Shown: one piece after another, positions 12,367-26,786 of the stretch
Numbering within the stretch: position 1 is the first letter of the stretch
Layout: each line of letters begins with the position of its first letter
Assembly (NCBI GenBank): GCA_047495785.1
Contig: JBLDXI010000004.1
Location: 248,001 to 312,000, forward strand
DNA from: Lepidodermella squamata
Taxonomy: Eukaryota; Animalia; Gastrotricha
Length of the DNA stretch: 64,000 nt
Direction of reading: 5' to 3'
Position numbers and translations under genes: made by a program
Notes under the pieces: model-generated
The model's input: only the letters and a program-made list of their open reading frames with translations
Told to the model about the DNA's origin: nothing
Databases searched by the model: none

Positions 12367-13121
12367 CATTATAGTCCGGATCTGTCGAGTAGATGAATCA
12401 TAACAAGTTTTTTTCTACGCAGCAAAAATTTATTGCTATTATTTTTTGTATTGCGTCGTTCGGTCGATCGGTCACTCCGTCAGTTGGTCATTTTTTGCAA
12501 CCCTGGGTTCGATCGTTCGTGATGGTTCAACAGCTGTTTTTTTACGATTACAAGCCCATACAGTAATAAAACACTATGACCTACCAAGCACTTAGGTGGT
12601 TAAAACTACTAATAAAACTTTTGCGATTTGGAAGTGTCATTTGAGCAGGAAAATTAAGATGAGGGAAATGCTCAAATTAGGAAGAAATATCCAATTGTTT
12701 TAGGTGGCATTCACGTTGGTATAAGTCGGACACGCTTCATTTCAACCGGCAATTGTAGATTCCACCGATTTCTGCTCTCAACGCATTACGGATTCATCAA
12801 TTATGCGAATCGCACAATTTTTCCTTACAGCAGTAAAAATGTATCCTCGATAACATCCTTTGATAAGTACTTGTGTGCAGTAATATTTGAACCACCTTAG
12901 TGCTTGGGGCCATAGTGTTTGCGTACTGTATAAGCATGTACTCGTAAAAATGCCAGCCGTTGAACCAACACGAACGATCGAACCGAGGGCTGCAAAAAAT
13001 GACCAACTGACGGAGTGACCGATCGACCGGACGACGCAATACAAAAAATAATAGCAATAAATTGTTGCTGCGTAGAAAAAACTTGTTATGATCATCTAGT
13101 CGACAGATCCGGACTATAATG
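12367..13121. mobile_element. MITE with TTA TSD (PIF/Harbinger-type)
   Basis: ~240-nt TIRs CATTATAGTCCGGATCTG / CAGATCCGGACTATAATG flanked by TTA on both sides. Confidence 0.8.
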
Positions 13122-13980
13122 TTATTTGTTCAATTAAAGAGCTCATTTCGAAACCATAAAAAAATCGGAACAAGTCATTATTAATGTTTAAATTTTAAAT
13201 TGATTTGGAAATTTAGAGAATCGGTACCCTTGAGTTCAAAATGACGAAGAATAAGCGATTTTAAGGAGATATTGGCCATCTTTTCAAATAGTAACATCTC
13301 GAAGGCAGGGGAAACGCGGGGGAGTTTGACAACGTGTGTGTGTTTTTTTTCTGGAATTAAGTAGATGATTACGCACAATTAGTGAATTGCGTATAACGCA
13401 CAATTATTACGCAATTCACTAAAAATGGTCATGGAATTGAATGCGTCAGCCTGAGGTGCGTTTTTCAAAAAAATTGACTTAATCACAGTTTAAGGATTAA
13501 ATATTCCCGTTGATCACAGAAATCATGTCCGAGCACAATCACCCAATTTACGTCGCATTTACACGAGCTACTACTTAATTATCGATGTTAATTACTTTGG
13601 CTGTTGCGTCATCATTTTTACTAAAACACAAACGAGCGCCGTGTTTATTTTTGATTACATTTTTAATGGGCCCTGTAACTTAGTCACTGCAACGCGGTTT
13701 AAAACTCAAATTAAGCGGCATCAGGTAATAGCAATTTCCTGATCACATGGTTGGCCGGCACGTGATCTATAAAATTCTCTGGTAAATAGAAATGGTAAAT
13801 GTAAAGGGTCCACATATTTCCACCATTAAAAATGAGGTTTCAGCACTAAATGTAAGCGTCCTGGCACTAAATTGTTCAGATTCTTTGCGATTTCGGCGTT
13901 CTCGGTTGATGATCGATACTGATGCCCTCCCTGATCCTATAGGATATTAATTTCAGCTACATGATGCCCTAAGCTACGTA

Positions 13981-14638
13981 CAGTGCATTCCATTTATAAC
14001 GAACCCCCTTTATAACGAACTTCGACTATAACGAACAAAATTTCGTGGCACGAACCAAATCGTGCACTTTTACATGTTACCAACTCCGTTCATAACGAAC
14101 TTTTTATAACGAACTTTCAGCTATAACGAACGGTTCCAAGTGGCACGGCGGTGGCTTGTGGCGTGTTATTTACATCTTTTATAACGAACACACCCCGGGC
14201 GCGTCCTCAGATCTGACTCAGTTTTTAAAATGTTGGGGTTTGGGTTATGTTTGTTTAAAAAAAACCTTGTGCGTGACCTATTCCCTAATCCGCTTAGGTG
14301 TTCTATCGCATGGGGGCTCGTAGCACCTTTGTTACAAGGGCAAGCGGTGCGCATGTGGTAGGATGCGGATGATAGTGTTTGCATTTTACACAGCCGATGC
14401 AGCGTTATCGCGGCCTTTGAGACGATTCGTAACTTTCTAATTAGTAAATTATCTGTGATGCATCGCTCAATGAACTTGAAACCGCTGTAATTTTGACCTG
14501 CCAAACACGGGAAACCACTTTACTTGATTATTTCCAAGTTAATGAATGAAAAATGTCCAACTCTGCCTGTAACGAACTTCGCTTATAACGAACTTTTTTC
14601 GTAGCACCATAGTGGTTCGTTATAACAAGAGTGCACTG
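13981..14638. mobile_element. Tc1/mariner-pogo-type MITE
   Basis: TA|CAGTGCA..TGCACTG|TA; multiple subterminal TATAACGAAC repeats. Confidence 0.85.
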
Positions 14639-15929
14639 TATTGGGTTTCAAGACGGCTGATATCGGGAAAATCACTGATTTTTAAAATCGATACTTAGAA
14701 TCCATATCGGCTCAATAGGTCGAAGAATAATTCTTAAACTGACCGCTCATAGCGCGAAATACATGTAACGTGAACGTCTATCGGTTAGGCATGATAAAAA
14801 AAATTTGAGATTCTAGTGAAGACTAGAAATTCAAAAAACCATATTTAAGGGAAATTTAGTGCTTGAGTCTCAAATTCAGGGTGCGCACCTGGCACACCCA
14901 AATATAAGAGATCGATTTCGCAATTATATAGAAATTCTTACATTTTGCCAAAATCCTCTTAAAGTGTGGTCTAATAATTCTGCCTAAAATATGACGCAAT
15001 CAATTTTTATGCGCAATCTAAAATTGTCAAATTAGGTACATACGATTTAAATGTAAAATTTTCGAATTATTTTCACTAATTTTCCTCAGGGAAAATTGTC
15101 AAAAATTGGAATAATTTTCACAGCAAATTTAATAGGTACTACTAGGTACTAGGTACGCATAGACCTCAATCGCGCTAATTTTGAGGCATTTCTTCTCGAG
15201 CAGACTCGCTTCTTTGGTAAATCTTTTAAATTTGAATTAAAATTGGCTAAAACCACGCATTCGGTCTTCTTGAAAAAATGATTGCGCAACAGTGAAAATA
15301 ATTAACTTGGATAATTATGGGTAGTCTAGTGTAAATGCGACGTTAGGCGGCTCTCGAGGTGCCTAAATTTGATTAGGGTCTCGAAGCGAACTCCGTGGCT
15401 CCAACAATGGTGCAATGTGACTACTGGTTCATTTTAATTAAACCCAAAAAGAGACGCATAAACGTAACAATAAAAGTAATAATAAATCATCAATATTGTT
15501 TCACAATTCGATTGCGTGTTCATCCACATTAAATAAACAGCGAAAATTGACGTAAAACAGCAGTTTATTTCGAGGCTTGAATTTTACGATTTCCATCTTC
15601 GATTTTTGAATGTCACGAAAATCTCTGTCGTCGGACCCATCGTTGTGGCGACCTTTTCGAGCCTAGCCAACCTGGCAAACCTAGCAATCCTGGCCAACCG
15701 AGCCAACCTAGCCAAGGCGCGGCAAATCAACCCAAACCCGTTGCGTTAGCTTCAGGCAAGCCCGGCCAGCAGCAACAGCAACAACGCCATCCTAGCACGT
15801 CATCGACACTGCCAACTAAATCGTCATCATCGCTGAGTCCAGCGGAGGAAGCCATGTTAGCCCAATACCATCCAATACAATTTCCCTCAACACCGACTGC
15901 TAAGCATGCGAAACCCACGACTAAGCTTC

Positions 15930-16789
15930 CGAGCTGGTAATATTTCATGGCAGGGCGACGTTGAAGATGCCTTTCTTGACGTGCTGGATGATCCGCGCCT
16001 TATGAATTCTTCGCAAAAGCGTACGAAGTGTACGAACTAATGTCGGCTAAACTGGACCAATCGCCGTTATTCTTACCTGGTCAATTGAACGCCCAAGTCG
16101 TCAAGTCACACTACGAGTCGCGCGTTGCCGAGATAAAACAGTTGGAAGCAAGCCTCAAAGTATCTGGCGCTGGTGCACCTGAGATGTAAGTAAGAGATGT
16201 AACGTCTTGATTCTGGGTGACTTTCCGGCATTCATAAACAAAAATGCAAATTTAAAATTTTGAATTTCGATTTTTTAAATTAAAAAATTTAATTAAAAAA
16301 TTTAAATTTAGATATATTATGTTTTAATAATCGGATTTATTAATAGAGTTAAGTGATGCTCATAAAAAAACGATTTAATTTGAAGAATTTCAAGCTATAT
16401 TTCTTTCCCTAATTTATTAATATTTTTCGATTTTTTAAATAATTAAAAAAAATTTCAAATTTTCATTGAATTTTTAATATCTAGCGATTCTGCATCGAAG
16501 AAAGCAGTTCGTCGCAGCGCGACATTGAAGAAGCTGAATTCAACGCGCTTTACGGTGCTGCGCTACCCGAAGATTTGAAATGGCCGCAAGCCAAGTCGAA
16601 AATCAAAGCCAAGTTGACCCGGTGTCCTCTGCCTCAAGTTCTGGCGCGAAGAAACCGCGAACATGGGCAACGGCCAAGAAGAAGAGCAAAGAAGACCCGC
16701 GTGTCGACTTGGTTGCGGTTTTTCGCGATGAGATGAGGCTCAACCGCGAGTTTATCGACAAAAAATGGCAAGAAAATAAGAAAAAATAA
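15930..16789 (+). pseudogene. Probable degraded accessory (Myb/SANT-like) ORF of the Harbinger element
   Basis: Coding-like spliced fragments directly upstream of the Harbinger transposase, ending in a basic/coiled-coil stretch (16580-16789). The assignment rests on position. Confidence 0.35.
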
Positions 16790-16929
16790 TCCGTTGCTGA
16801 ACATGCTCAATATACTGACAATTTTTTTCGTGATTATTCATATACCTAATGATCGATTTTGAAATAATAATTGAGGATAAGTTGTTGGCCATGAATGTCT
16901 CTTACTAATTATGAAGCTTAATTAATAAA

Positions 16930-18675
16930 ATGGATCCATTTGAATTAGCTGTTCTTGAGTTCATGCTCTTGGATATGAACTGGTTTCTGGTTTTTTGTTC
17001 TGGGTAGCCGATGAATTTGAAGAGAGGCGTACGCATGTGAAAGTCGGAAATTTGTACACGGATATAATTCCCAATATGCACCTTTCAAACGCACCTTCCG
17101 ATTGTCGAAACACATGGTTTACAACCTTACAGAATTTCTGCTTGCTCGAGGTGTTCTGCGAGACCCCGATGAAATGGAGCCGCTCAAAGGTCCTGCAATA
17201 TATCCACCTGACATGTGGGTCCTCGTTTGTCTCTATTTCATGGGAGGTCAAGAGCAGGGGTTCTCAAACTGGGGCACGCGTGCGACTTGGGGCATTTTGA
17301 AGGGCCGACGGGGAATGCGTGCGACTTGGGGCACGCCGGCCCACTTTTTTCTGTTTCCAGTTTTCTTATTTCTCATTCATAAAACGCTAAACGAACTCAT
17401 TGTGCGTGTGTGTAATGCGTTGTCTGCAATAAAATGAGGGCGCGTGATTCTGCTTCCGAGTCTGAAGTTGGAACTCCTGCCTCGAAAAAATCCAAGAAAG
17501 CCCCAAAGAAGAAGACCTATCACTTCAAAGTGGGAAGCCGATTACATGTTTTCCACAATGAGGAAACAGATTCATCGGAGTGCTCCAATTGCGAATTGGT
17601 CATGAGTGAAAACCGCGTTCACCTCGTCAGGAACCATTTCAACTCGACGCACGCAAATCTCTTCAAAAAGTTTGCGAGCGTGGACGACTGAAAGAAGCAC
17701 GTGGCCGCTGTCAACAGCAGAGATCCAAGTCACGTAATCTGATCGAGCAGTTCCTTACAGCTAATGAAGCAACTACTTATTCGAGCTACATCTTGAGTTG
17801 GAATACCGCGAAAGGTTAGTTTCCAGTTATGATGATAGAAGTCATTTTTCAGCTATTTTTGTAGCCAAGAAACCCTTATGGTTGAGGGTGAATTTCTCAA
17901 AGCTGCTCTTCTTGAGATTGCTCCTACTTTTATTTTTTTGTTGCGTTTTGTTCAAATGAGTGTGAAATACCTACTCGAACCGAATAAAATCAAGTTAACT
18001 GCAAAGAAAAAGAGATACCTCTCTGCGTTTTTAGATGGATTTAATAGTGGGGCACCCGACCAAGGCCGCGTGCCCCAAATGGGGGCACCGCCGCGAAAAA
18101 GTTTGAGAACCCCTGGTCAAGAGCCATACTTTCGTATTACTAATCTATTCGGCATTGCGCCTTTAACCGCATTTAAAATGGTAAGAACTGTAAGCAGAGG
18201 CATCGTTGAAAATCAGAGATATTTCATTCAATGGCCTAATGCGGTCAATGCGCTGAGAATGAGCTGCGTTTTCGTGATCGGCATGGATTTCCGGGAGTTA
18301 TCGGGGTAATTGATGGAACCCACATTCCGATATCCGCCCCAACTGAAAATCCTAATGCTTAATGCTTATATCAATTACAAAAGGTTCTTCAGCATTATTT
18401 TGCAAGCTGTAGTTGATGCCCATGGGAAATTTATCGACGTTGGCTGTGGCTGGGCCGGGGCAACAAACGACCGCGACGCTTTCAATACTCCTCATTTTCT
18501 CAAAATGTTACAGCGAGGAGAGCCGATTTTTTCCCGGCTGAAAATATGCATATTTTAGGGGGCCTATCCACTTCTCGACTGGCTACTCATACCCTTTCGA
18601 AGAATGGATCTCGTCAACCCATTGTTGGAAAATAAACAAAATTATAACCATCGCCATTCATCGACTAGAGTCGCC
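16930..18675 (+). mobile_element. Degraded PIF/Harbinger transposase, interrupted by a hAT element
   Basis: Across frameshifts reads [70 protein letters not shown] (DDE_Tnp_4-type motifs). Confidence 0.85.
17255..18115 (+). mobile_element. Internally deleted hAT element with BED zinc-finger remnant
   Basis: Perfect TIRs CAGGGGTTCTCAAACT / AGTTTGAGAACCCCTG, 8-bp TSD GTCAAGAG; ORF 17434-17691 with CSNC..H..H. Confidence 0.9.
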
Positions 18676-20068
18676 TAGAGTCGCTCATTTACCTATTTTT
18701 TTGCAAAAATGTCGTAAAATGTATTCAGGGTGAGTAAAAATAAAAATATGTTAATTACGTAATACCTATTACGCAATATGGCCCTCGTTTAAGAACATGT
18801 AATTAAGCGAAAAGAACATTGAAAAACGCGCCTCTGCGGGGTCATTCGATTGTATGGACTCTGGGCCCTAAAAATTCCATACAATTCTCATGCCATACAA
18901 TACAACGCTTAATCACTGGTTTCATCGAAGCGATAATGCATTGTCATGAAGGAAAGCTCAAAGGAAATGGCCCATCGCGGCGTGAGTATCACGTGCCATA
19001 GCAAGTTCGTAAAACTTACGACCAACGCCAGCGCTAATAATAACAATACTTTGTAACACACGCGGAAAGATTCACCTGTGGACCATGACTTTGCTAAACC
19101 ACTTTAACTACAACTCATCTTTGCAGGTGTGCGCAAATATAGTCTGGCAGTGTTGGTGAAAATAGGTGAAGCTGAAGACGAAGTGCTTGTCCCTGTATGT
19201 CTTCTGAAAAACGTCATTGCATATGATTTCAAGTTCTTCGGACGTCAAAGCCGATCCATTAGGTTTCAGAAGAATGCGTTCCTCGTATCGACATCGACAT
19301 CGATAACAACCGTTGAGGATGGCTTTGCAGCTATTTACAGATCTGCATCTGGTTCCAAGGAGATTATATCACCATCAAAATATGTTTAATGAATTAATTT
19401 TGCTAGAACTAGCTCATTGCGAAAGTTGGACACTCATCCCAAGTAAGCTTAAAAGAATCAATGCCGAAAGTAGTGCTCATGGCATTCTTTAGATGCTCAA
19501 ATGATGCGCTTTCAAGGGAGGTTATTTGTGTATTTCCATTGTGTTTCAGCTCTGTGTATATTAGTGCCGGCTGTGTATATGTTTTTCGAAATTTAGTGCC
19601 GGTTTTATCGACAAATTCGGCTTTGAAAAAACTGTCAATGAAACACGTTACGTTTTTTGTTTTGCTTTTACATTTGTATTCGCGAAAAATTTGACCTGAC
19701 CAGTAGTAAGTGTCCTCTCTGGCACCAGTTCTTGCGCAGTTGTTTATAAGGAGTTAATCGCCAAAAATGTTGCGTGGTTTTGTATCCCATTTACAACGTT
19801 ACAATTTTTCAAGTTAACTTGTTTTGATTAATTTGGCTTTTCAGCGTTAAAAATGGTTGTTTATCTCATGAAAATCACGTCGCGTGCTGTTTTCACGTAT
19901 TTTTTAATGCGTCACCATCGAAATGAACGCGTGCTTTTGCAACCACTCAAATGCCGGAGCGAACGAAATTCATTTTTATTTTCAATTCATTTCATTCATT
20001 CATTTTTATTTTACAAGGAAATTTGTTGGAAATTCAAATATTTCAATTTTAGTTTTAATAAATTGCAA

Positions 20069-23000
20069 ATGATACCCATGATACTTGCGCTTTTGATGAT
20101 GGCTTTATGCGACGCAGCTTGGAGCAAGCAACAGTTGAACTGGGTTCGGTGCTTCTCGCAGTTCAGCAACCGGTTCACCAGCTGCGTTCCAGCCGCGGAT
20201 GGCTGCGATCCACTCAAAGAATTTCAGGTTCGCCCTCGTGTAATTCGCATGACAGCTTTGCCTATTAAATCTTTTCACTGACAGTGGGGTTCCGTTTTCC
20301 GAACTACCGGCGTTTGCAACACTGGGGTCCGTTTATCCATAATCTTCTCACATGCCTTGCTCTATGTTTCCTTTGCTTTCTCTACAGAATGCTCGAATGT
20401 GTTACAGATACGAGGCTCTGACACCGTTTTGCGTTCCTGGAAACGTCGGTTGTAACAATCCTGGCGATATGAATGTACGCCTCAATTCATGTATCGAAAT
20501 TGGATATAGAAACAGTTGTTTTCAGACGTTTTGGTTCGACGATCAGACGGCGGCATTGAGCCTGAAGTTCAACCTCAACGAATGTGAGAAACAGAAAGCA
20601 ACATTTGAGGTGAAAATTCTCATTATGAAAAACATCTACTGTTCAATTTTGCGTCTTTGCAGACTTCGACATTCCGGCGTTGCACTTCGAACAACGCCAT
20701 CAAGACCTGCATTCCCGATCCGTACACCTGCCCCAATAGCTGGGTGAGCAATTTTCAATCAAAACTTTCTGCTTGTCGCTGAGGCTTATGTTGTCCTTCA
20801 CAGGTCACTGAATCAACTGCGTATTCAAGTCTTTCTTCTTGTATCAATGGATCAGGTTTGTAATTCGTTCAAAAGTTCCTTCAACAGTTACGACTGCCGT
20901 TCATCATCTCAGTAACAGTTCCAGTTACCGAGAAGCCGCACCTTCGGTGCTTTGATACTACGACGAAAAAGTTCACCGACTGCCGACCGCAAAGCTCCGG
21001 CTGTTTTGCTGGCAATGAAACTCAGCAATACTCGGCCAGTTTGTACATCAACAAAGAAAGATGCCTGCTTGGGGTGAGTCGCGATTTAACGCCTAGAACC
21101 ATTTCCTGGAAAAAAACAATATTTCTTCCAATAGAATGCTGTTTCTTGCAAGGATTCATCCGACAGGTTGTCATGCTACGCCGCATGTCCCCAAGATCAA
21201 TCTCAGGTACTAATGATAAGAAATATATACTTACTCAATCCTACCAATTTGTTGTCATCAGGTTAAACTGTTCTCAGACTTGCAAACGTTTCAACTGAAT
21301 CACGACAAATGCATCAAGGATATTGCACCGCCTGTGAGTTATCTCTTAATACTCTTTTTCTCATTAGAAACAAGATTTCCTGATGGAAATCCTTAGAGTG
21401 ATCCTATTCATACATACGTAAGCACTATCTGAAGTCTGGAGAGAATTTTTGAGGGAGGGGAGAATCTTGGGTTCTCAAACGAATGGATTTTATGTTACTA
21501 TTTGGATAAGTAATCATCGAAACAAGGATAACAGGTTGTTTACGCCATCAAGCCTACACGCGGTTTTTTACGATTTCTTTATCAACTTAAAAATGTCAAT
21601 ACAAACTCCATTTATGTCTTGACGAGCGCTTATTTGTCTTGTTTCTCAGTTTTTTAATTTTTGATTTCGCCCCAATTTCATTCTCTGTTTAAATTCTGCG
21701 GCGTATTTTCTCGTGGGATCTACTTTAGTTCTATTTCAGTAGACTCGTAGAGCGAAGTAGGAACTCAAATCTGGTCAGCCTGATCAGCCAGGGATGATCC
21801 TGGCGGTATTTCAATCTCTGAGTAGATTTCATTCACTCCGTTGATCCATCATGTTCGGGTCTGATTTATTGATTTAGTGGGACACAGGGTGCGAAATATA
21901 GAGGTGCTGGGGTGTCGCGACACCCCAGATCCTGGACTCCAACAAGAGGAAGGCTGAAAAAACACAGGTGGGACTCTTTGGATTCTTGGGCTGGGTCTGA
22001 GGAAACAAGTAGAAAACATCTCAGCTCCCGGATCCTACTTCGCACACTGGTGGGACATCTATTGATTTGGATTAATTGCAGGAGGTCCGTGATTTAAGCC
22101 GTGAATTAAATCAAATCAAATCAAATCAAATCCAAAGCTCTGTGTTACGACCCAAGTTCGAAAGCGACCCCGTCGGGATCTGGTCGACCAGACCCCGACG
22201 GGGCATTGCGAGTCAGGGCCCTGAATATACAGGGCGTTCGCGTATTAATACTCTGGGTACAAAATACAAATATAATACGAAAAATAGGCCACTAGGAAAA
22301 AAGTATATTTTATTAGCTAGCTAATAAACCCAAGGACCAAGAGTGCTAATAACCCCTCCTATGTCCCCCTAATTAGCTATTTCAGCTAAATTCAGGGAAG
22401 CTAATAACCCATGGCTAAATAGCTAGGCTCCGAGCGAGTGGTGGGTCGGCGTGGAATTCTTGTTTATCACAGCTGTTACACATTGCGCAACGTCCCTTTT
22501 TGGCCTAAAAAGCTGATTAGCTCATGGTTTATTAGCTAGAATCGCACCCAGCCCCCTATCCCTTTCCCCCATATTCTTATTTAATTTCGATTCATAAAAC
22601 ATGAAATTTCAGCACCTTAGTCATTTTTATTTCAAGACATTTTTTTATAAAAGCATTCAACAGGTAAAAAAACGAGAAAAGTCGAGATCACAAATAACAA
22701 AATATTTGCCATCACATTCCCGTGCCATGCCTTATTAATGTTATTATGCGGCTTTCAAATATGTTGTATTTCGTTGCTAGCCATTTTCCGAATTAACCGA
22801 ACGAGGGTGAACGAGAGTGAACGAGGTTAGTGATAATTGGTGAGTCAGTCGCTGCTTGGGTTGATGAGAACGGCCGTAGAATGTCAGCGTAGAATGTCCT
22901 CTCGAAGCCGCGTGTAATCTGAAGAATATAGAGAAATAGGACACCCTTCTTAAATTTCATGAAAAATTTTCCGACAAATTTCAAATTGATTTTCAGAAAT

Positions 23001-26000
23001 TTAAGACTTAATCGCTCAAAGAATTGAATTAACAGCTTCTTCAATTTTCGGATTTTATTTTGAAATTCTGAAATTTTTATTTTCATCATCATCATCATTT
23101 GGTTTTATTTATCGTCGTTTTGCGTTGGTGAGGCATACAATAAAGTTTTAACGACGGCGAGAGCGAGAAGTCAAGTAGATTCCGTTCCCCGCGACCCGAA
23201 GGCCAAAAGTTCCCGAATGAAGGCCCTCCAGTTAGACCGATCACAAGCTGTCTCCTCAATTTTGTCCCAATTTAGACATTTTTCATTATAGACGCTTACA
23301 AAATTTTTGTAATTTTCAAGATTTAATTGATCCAATTGCCAATTTTTATTTCGGCACTTGAATACAGGTGATACCAAGTGCCCACAATTTTATCACATCG
23401 CATTTTGTAATTTCAGTACCTTTCGGTTATTTTTTTCAACACCAGAATTTTTCAAATTTTTTCAAATTTTCAAATTTTCAAAAAAGAGTTTCAGGTTTAA
23501 TTTCGAGAAATTTCTATTTTATAAATTGCTTCACATTGGTTTATTTTAGCGTGATCCCAAAAAAATGTAGGATCATACCAATATTTCAAAGGCAAAAAAC
23601 ATTTAATCAAAAAATTGAAGAAAATTGTGAATTTAAAAAAAATACAATTTTAAATTAATTCAGTTCAATTCAATCAAGTTCAGTGAAACATTTTCAGCAT
23701 GAAAAAAAGATCTGATTTTCTAGAAAATGAAGGAGTGACTACCATATTTTCTCCAATAGTTGCCCAGTGTCTAATAGCTCAGGGTTGAGTTGTAGGAAAT
23801 ATGAACGAACCACTGAAAATTAATTTTACGATTTTTTCTAAATTTCGAGTTTGAAATTTTAGTATAACAAAAACTACAGTATCCTTACCCCTTACCCAGC
23901 AATGACGGATTGCACAACGATGGTCTTGATCATCAACTGAGGTAACCAGAATTCTTCTGAAAAAACAATAAATTAATTGCGTGAAAGGAAGCGAATCGAT
24001 TAAATTCAAAATTACTTCTTACCTGTAAATCTCAGCTCCAATACATTTTCAGAAGTGTTTACCGCTAAATGCATGACCTGCAATTTTGAAAAATTAATGA
24101 AATTTCAAATAAAAATTCTCAAAAAATTAGTGAATTACCAAATGAATAATGGACTAACGAATTGAATAATGAAACCTCTAAGTAACATGAGCCTCTTCAG
24201 GTTAGTCCATTAATTAAATTGTTATTTTTCGCGCTGCGTTGGTTAGTTAGGCAAGATCATGAAGCTCGTGCTAGCTGGAGGAAATTATTCTGATTTTTTC
24301 CCAAATTAATGAGAACATTTAGTTCTAATAAGGTCATTGTTAAAAGTTAATTACCAGGTGAGTCGATGGCATTTTCTTACCTGGCGCAAACTCGATTTGA
24401 AATTATTCCATTGAAAACCGCTTGTGACTTTTCTGCCGCTGTTGGAGTCGTAGCATTTTGAGAACTAAGTGGTGAAAATAACTAGTTTTTGCTTCTGTGT
24501 GTATGGATGAAAATCAGCTTCGAGTAGTAATCAGAAAGGGTCACAGCCATTGTTGTGTAACTTTATTACGCCGCAGTCTATCGATAGTTATTTAGCTAAA
24601 GCTTTTTAGCTGATAATAATCTGAGGCATAGCCTAGGTTTTTTAGCTAGCCTTGGCTAAATGGAAATAGCCATAGAGCTGATAGAGTGCTCACTCGCCAT
24701 CAAAAACACGGAACGCTATGGGGGCCATATGGCAGGGGATTAACTCATTGTCCTGGAGTAAGGAACTGAACTAATTACAAATCGATCGATCACATAAATC
24801 GCTGGCGCCAGCGCTTCGATTATCGGTTACAACGTTGGGCTTTGGGTCATCGAAAGAGTAAGAGACGGCCGATATTTTGACACTAAAATTGCCCGGTTAG
24901 CATATTTAGAAGTGGCCAATAGGCGACCGAGAAGTCAACGTCCACTTTCGACCATTTACCTCTGAGTTAGTCCACACCTGAAGCTAAGGTGAAATTGAAC
25001 GACCTTATGAAGCCAAGTTATTCATCAGTCCGAGGCGATCATTTTGGTACCTGATTTAGATCTGGAACCCCCATATTTTGATTGGTATATATTTTTTAGT
25101 TAATTCACCCTTAAAAACCACTTTGTTTGCTGTTTTCGCAGTTTTTACTGAGTGATTTAAAGGAAAAAAAGGTTGCGTAATTATTGAGATTTAGTTTTTT
25201 TGCGCTAAGCTTAATTTTAAACAAGCGATTTCGATGACTCATGCTCGTTCACTCGCCCAAAATAAAGATTTGTGACTCAAAACAGTGCTTTTAAAGGGCG
25301 AATTTACTTTGAAAATTTGTGCCCATCAAAGTATGGGGGTTCCAGATCTAAATCAGCAGTGTTTTTTTCAGCATGTTACACATGTTACAATGTAACAACC
25401 AATCGGACCAAATGTAACAACCAAAATCGAAGTAACGCCTTGAAAGGACTACTGTAACCTCATTTTTAGGAGGTTTCGGAGCCTTTTCTAGCGGAAAATC
25501 CTCAAACTTTCCTCGCTTCGCTCGTATTATTGGTAAAAATTACATTTAATTTTCACCAACGCAGCACAAAAAATTTCGCTTTCGAGCGAGGTAACCACCA
25601 AAAAATCTTTTGTAACCACCAATCGTTTGCTTAAAAAAAACCCTGAAATCAGGTACCAAAATGATCGCCTCGGACTGATGAATAACTTGGCTTCAAAAGG
25701 TCGTTCAATTTCACCTTAGCTTCAGGTGTGGACCACCTCAAATGGTCAAGGATGATAAGGAACGCCGACTTCTCGGCCGCCTTACGACCACTTCTATGAT
25801 AGCTACCTCTGTAAATTTGGTACAATAAAATCGGCCGTCTCTTACTCTTTCGATGGCCAAACGCTCGACCATGGAACCGATAATCGAAGCGCTGGCGCCA
25901 GCGATTTATGTGATCGATCGATTTGTAATTAGTTCAGTTCCTTACTCCAGGACAATGAGTTAATCCCCTGCCATATGGCCCCCATAGCGTTCCGTGTTTT

Positions 26001-26786
26001 TGATGGCGAGTGAGCACTCTATCAGCTCTATGGAAATAGCTAATTACCTAGTGGGTGTAGCTACAAAAAACTAAAATGAATGAAAAAAGTGCCAAAGCTA
26101 TGTTTTCAAGAGTATTATTACCACGCGAAAGCCCCGATGAACTGGCTGACTACTCTAGCCTCTAGCCAAACAGACTCGTGACACTTTTAGTTTCAATGAA
26201 TTTGACCTGTTCCATTTTCATAGGGACGGTCTCAGAATGCCGATACAAGATTAACGAAATATTATTAATATATTTTTATACGTTTTCATAGACTTACACT
26301 CGATGCGTTGAAACGACTGACGGTTCAGTAACGTGCCGTTTGAGCTCATTCGGTTGTAACCCTACCACAGAAATGACTTATTCTGTCGAGTTCAGCGGCT
26401 TATCTCAGTGCCAAAATGCTCGGAAGCAAGTATTTTTGGTATCTAACCCGGGCGGTGGTACTATGGAGCTATGGCCGGCTGCGGATAAGTGCTTGCAGCA
26501 ACATGGCGTCCTGGCAACGATCAAAACAGCTGCCGATGCAGCCTCACTTGAAGGCATCCTATCGCATACCGATATTGCATGGGTCGGTCTTGTACCAGTT
26601 TCTGGGGCCCTTAAATGGTCGGACGGTACGGCATTTATTTTTGATCAATCTCTGTTTAAACCAGGTTATACCATATCCACTGACGCGTGTACGATCATTT
26701 CTTACTCTAATGGTACCTTTTTGATGAATCCCGTGGATTGTGGATATGATTACCTGTACGCAGTTTGCGAAACTTATGTTGAATAA
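20069..26786 (+). CDS. Secreted Cys-module/CTLD protein, copy 3 (434 aa; 6 modules + CTLD)
   Basis: Exons 20069-20227, 20285-20326, 20388-20474, 20526-20609, 20663-20743, 20804-20855, 20913-21073, 21135-21206, 21262-21333, 26292-26786 splice in frame. The link across the ~5-kb TE-filled last intron is inferred from phase and from paralog structure. Confidence 0.78.
23083..23285 (-). mobile_element. 3' end of an RTE-type LINE
   Basis: Minus strand reads LNWDKIEETACDRSNWRAFI..stop, then a short UTR and an (ATG)n microsatellite tail. Confidence 0.65.
24671..26032. mobile_element. P-superfamily-like foldback element
   Basis: Termini CATAGAGCTGATAGAGTG / CACTCTATCAGCTCTATG, 8-bp TSD GAAATAGC, inverted arms of about 400 nt or more. 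Confidence 0.85.
25357..25645. mobile_element. Small hAT-like MITE nested in the right arm of the P-like element
   Basis: CAGTGTTTTTTT..AAAAAAAACCCTG flanked by duplicated AAATCAG; absent from the mirror arm. Confidence 0.75.

Larger units (their letters stand above)
10563..13783. mobile_element. Long-TIR non-autonomous DNA element
   Basis: ~235-nt imperfect inverted arms 10563-10797 and 13548-13783 (AGATCACGTGCC..GTAGCTCGTGTGAATGCGACGTA). Confidence 0.7.
8655..15215. mobile_element. Old foldback/long-TIR element forming the outer shell of a nested TE stack
   Basis: Arm ~8655-8920 (CCTCAAAATTAGCTCGATTGAGGTCTATGGGTGCCTAGTACCT..) is the diverged reverse complement of ~14950-15215. Confidence 0.6.
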
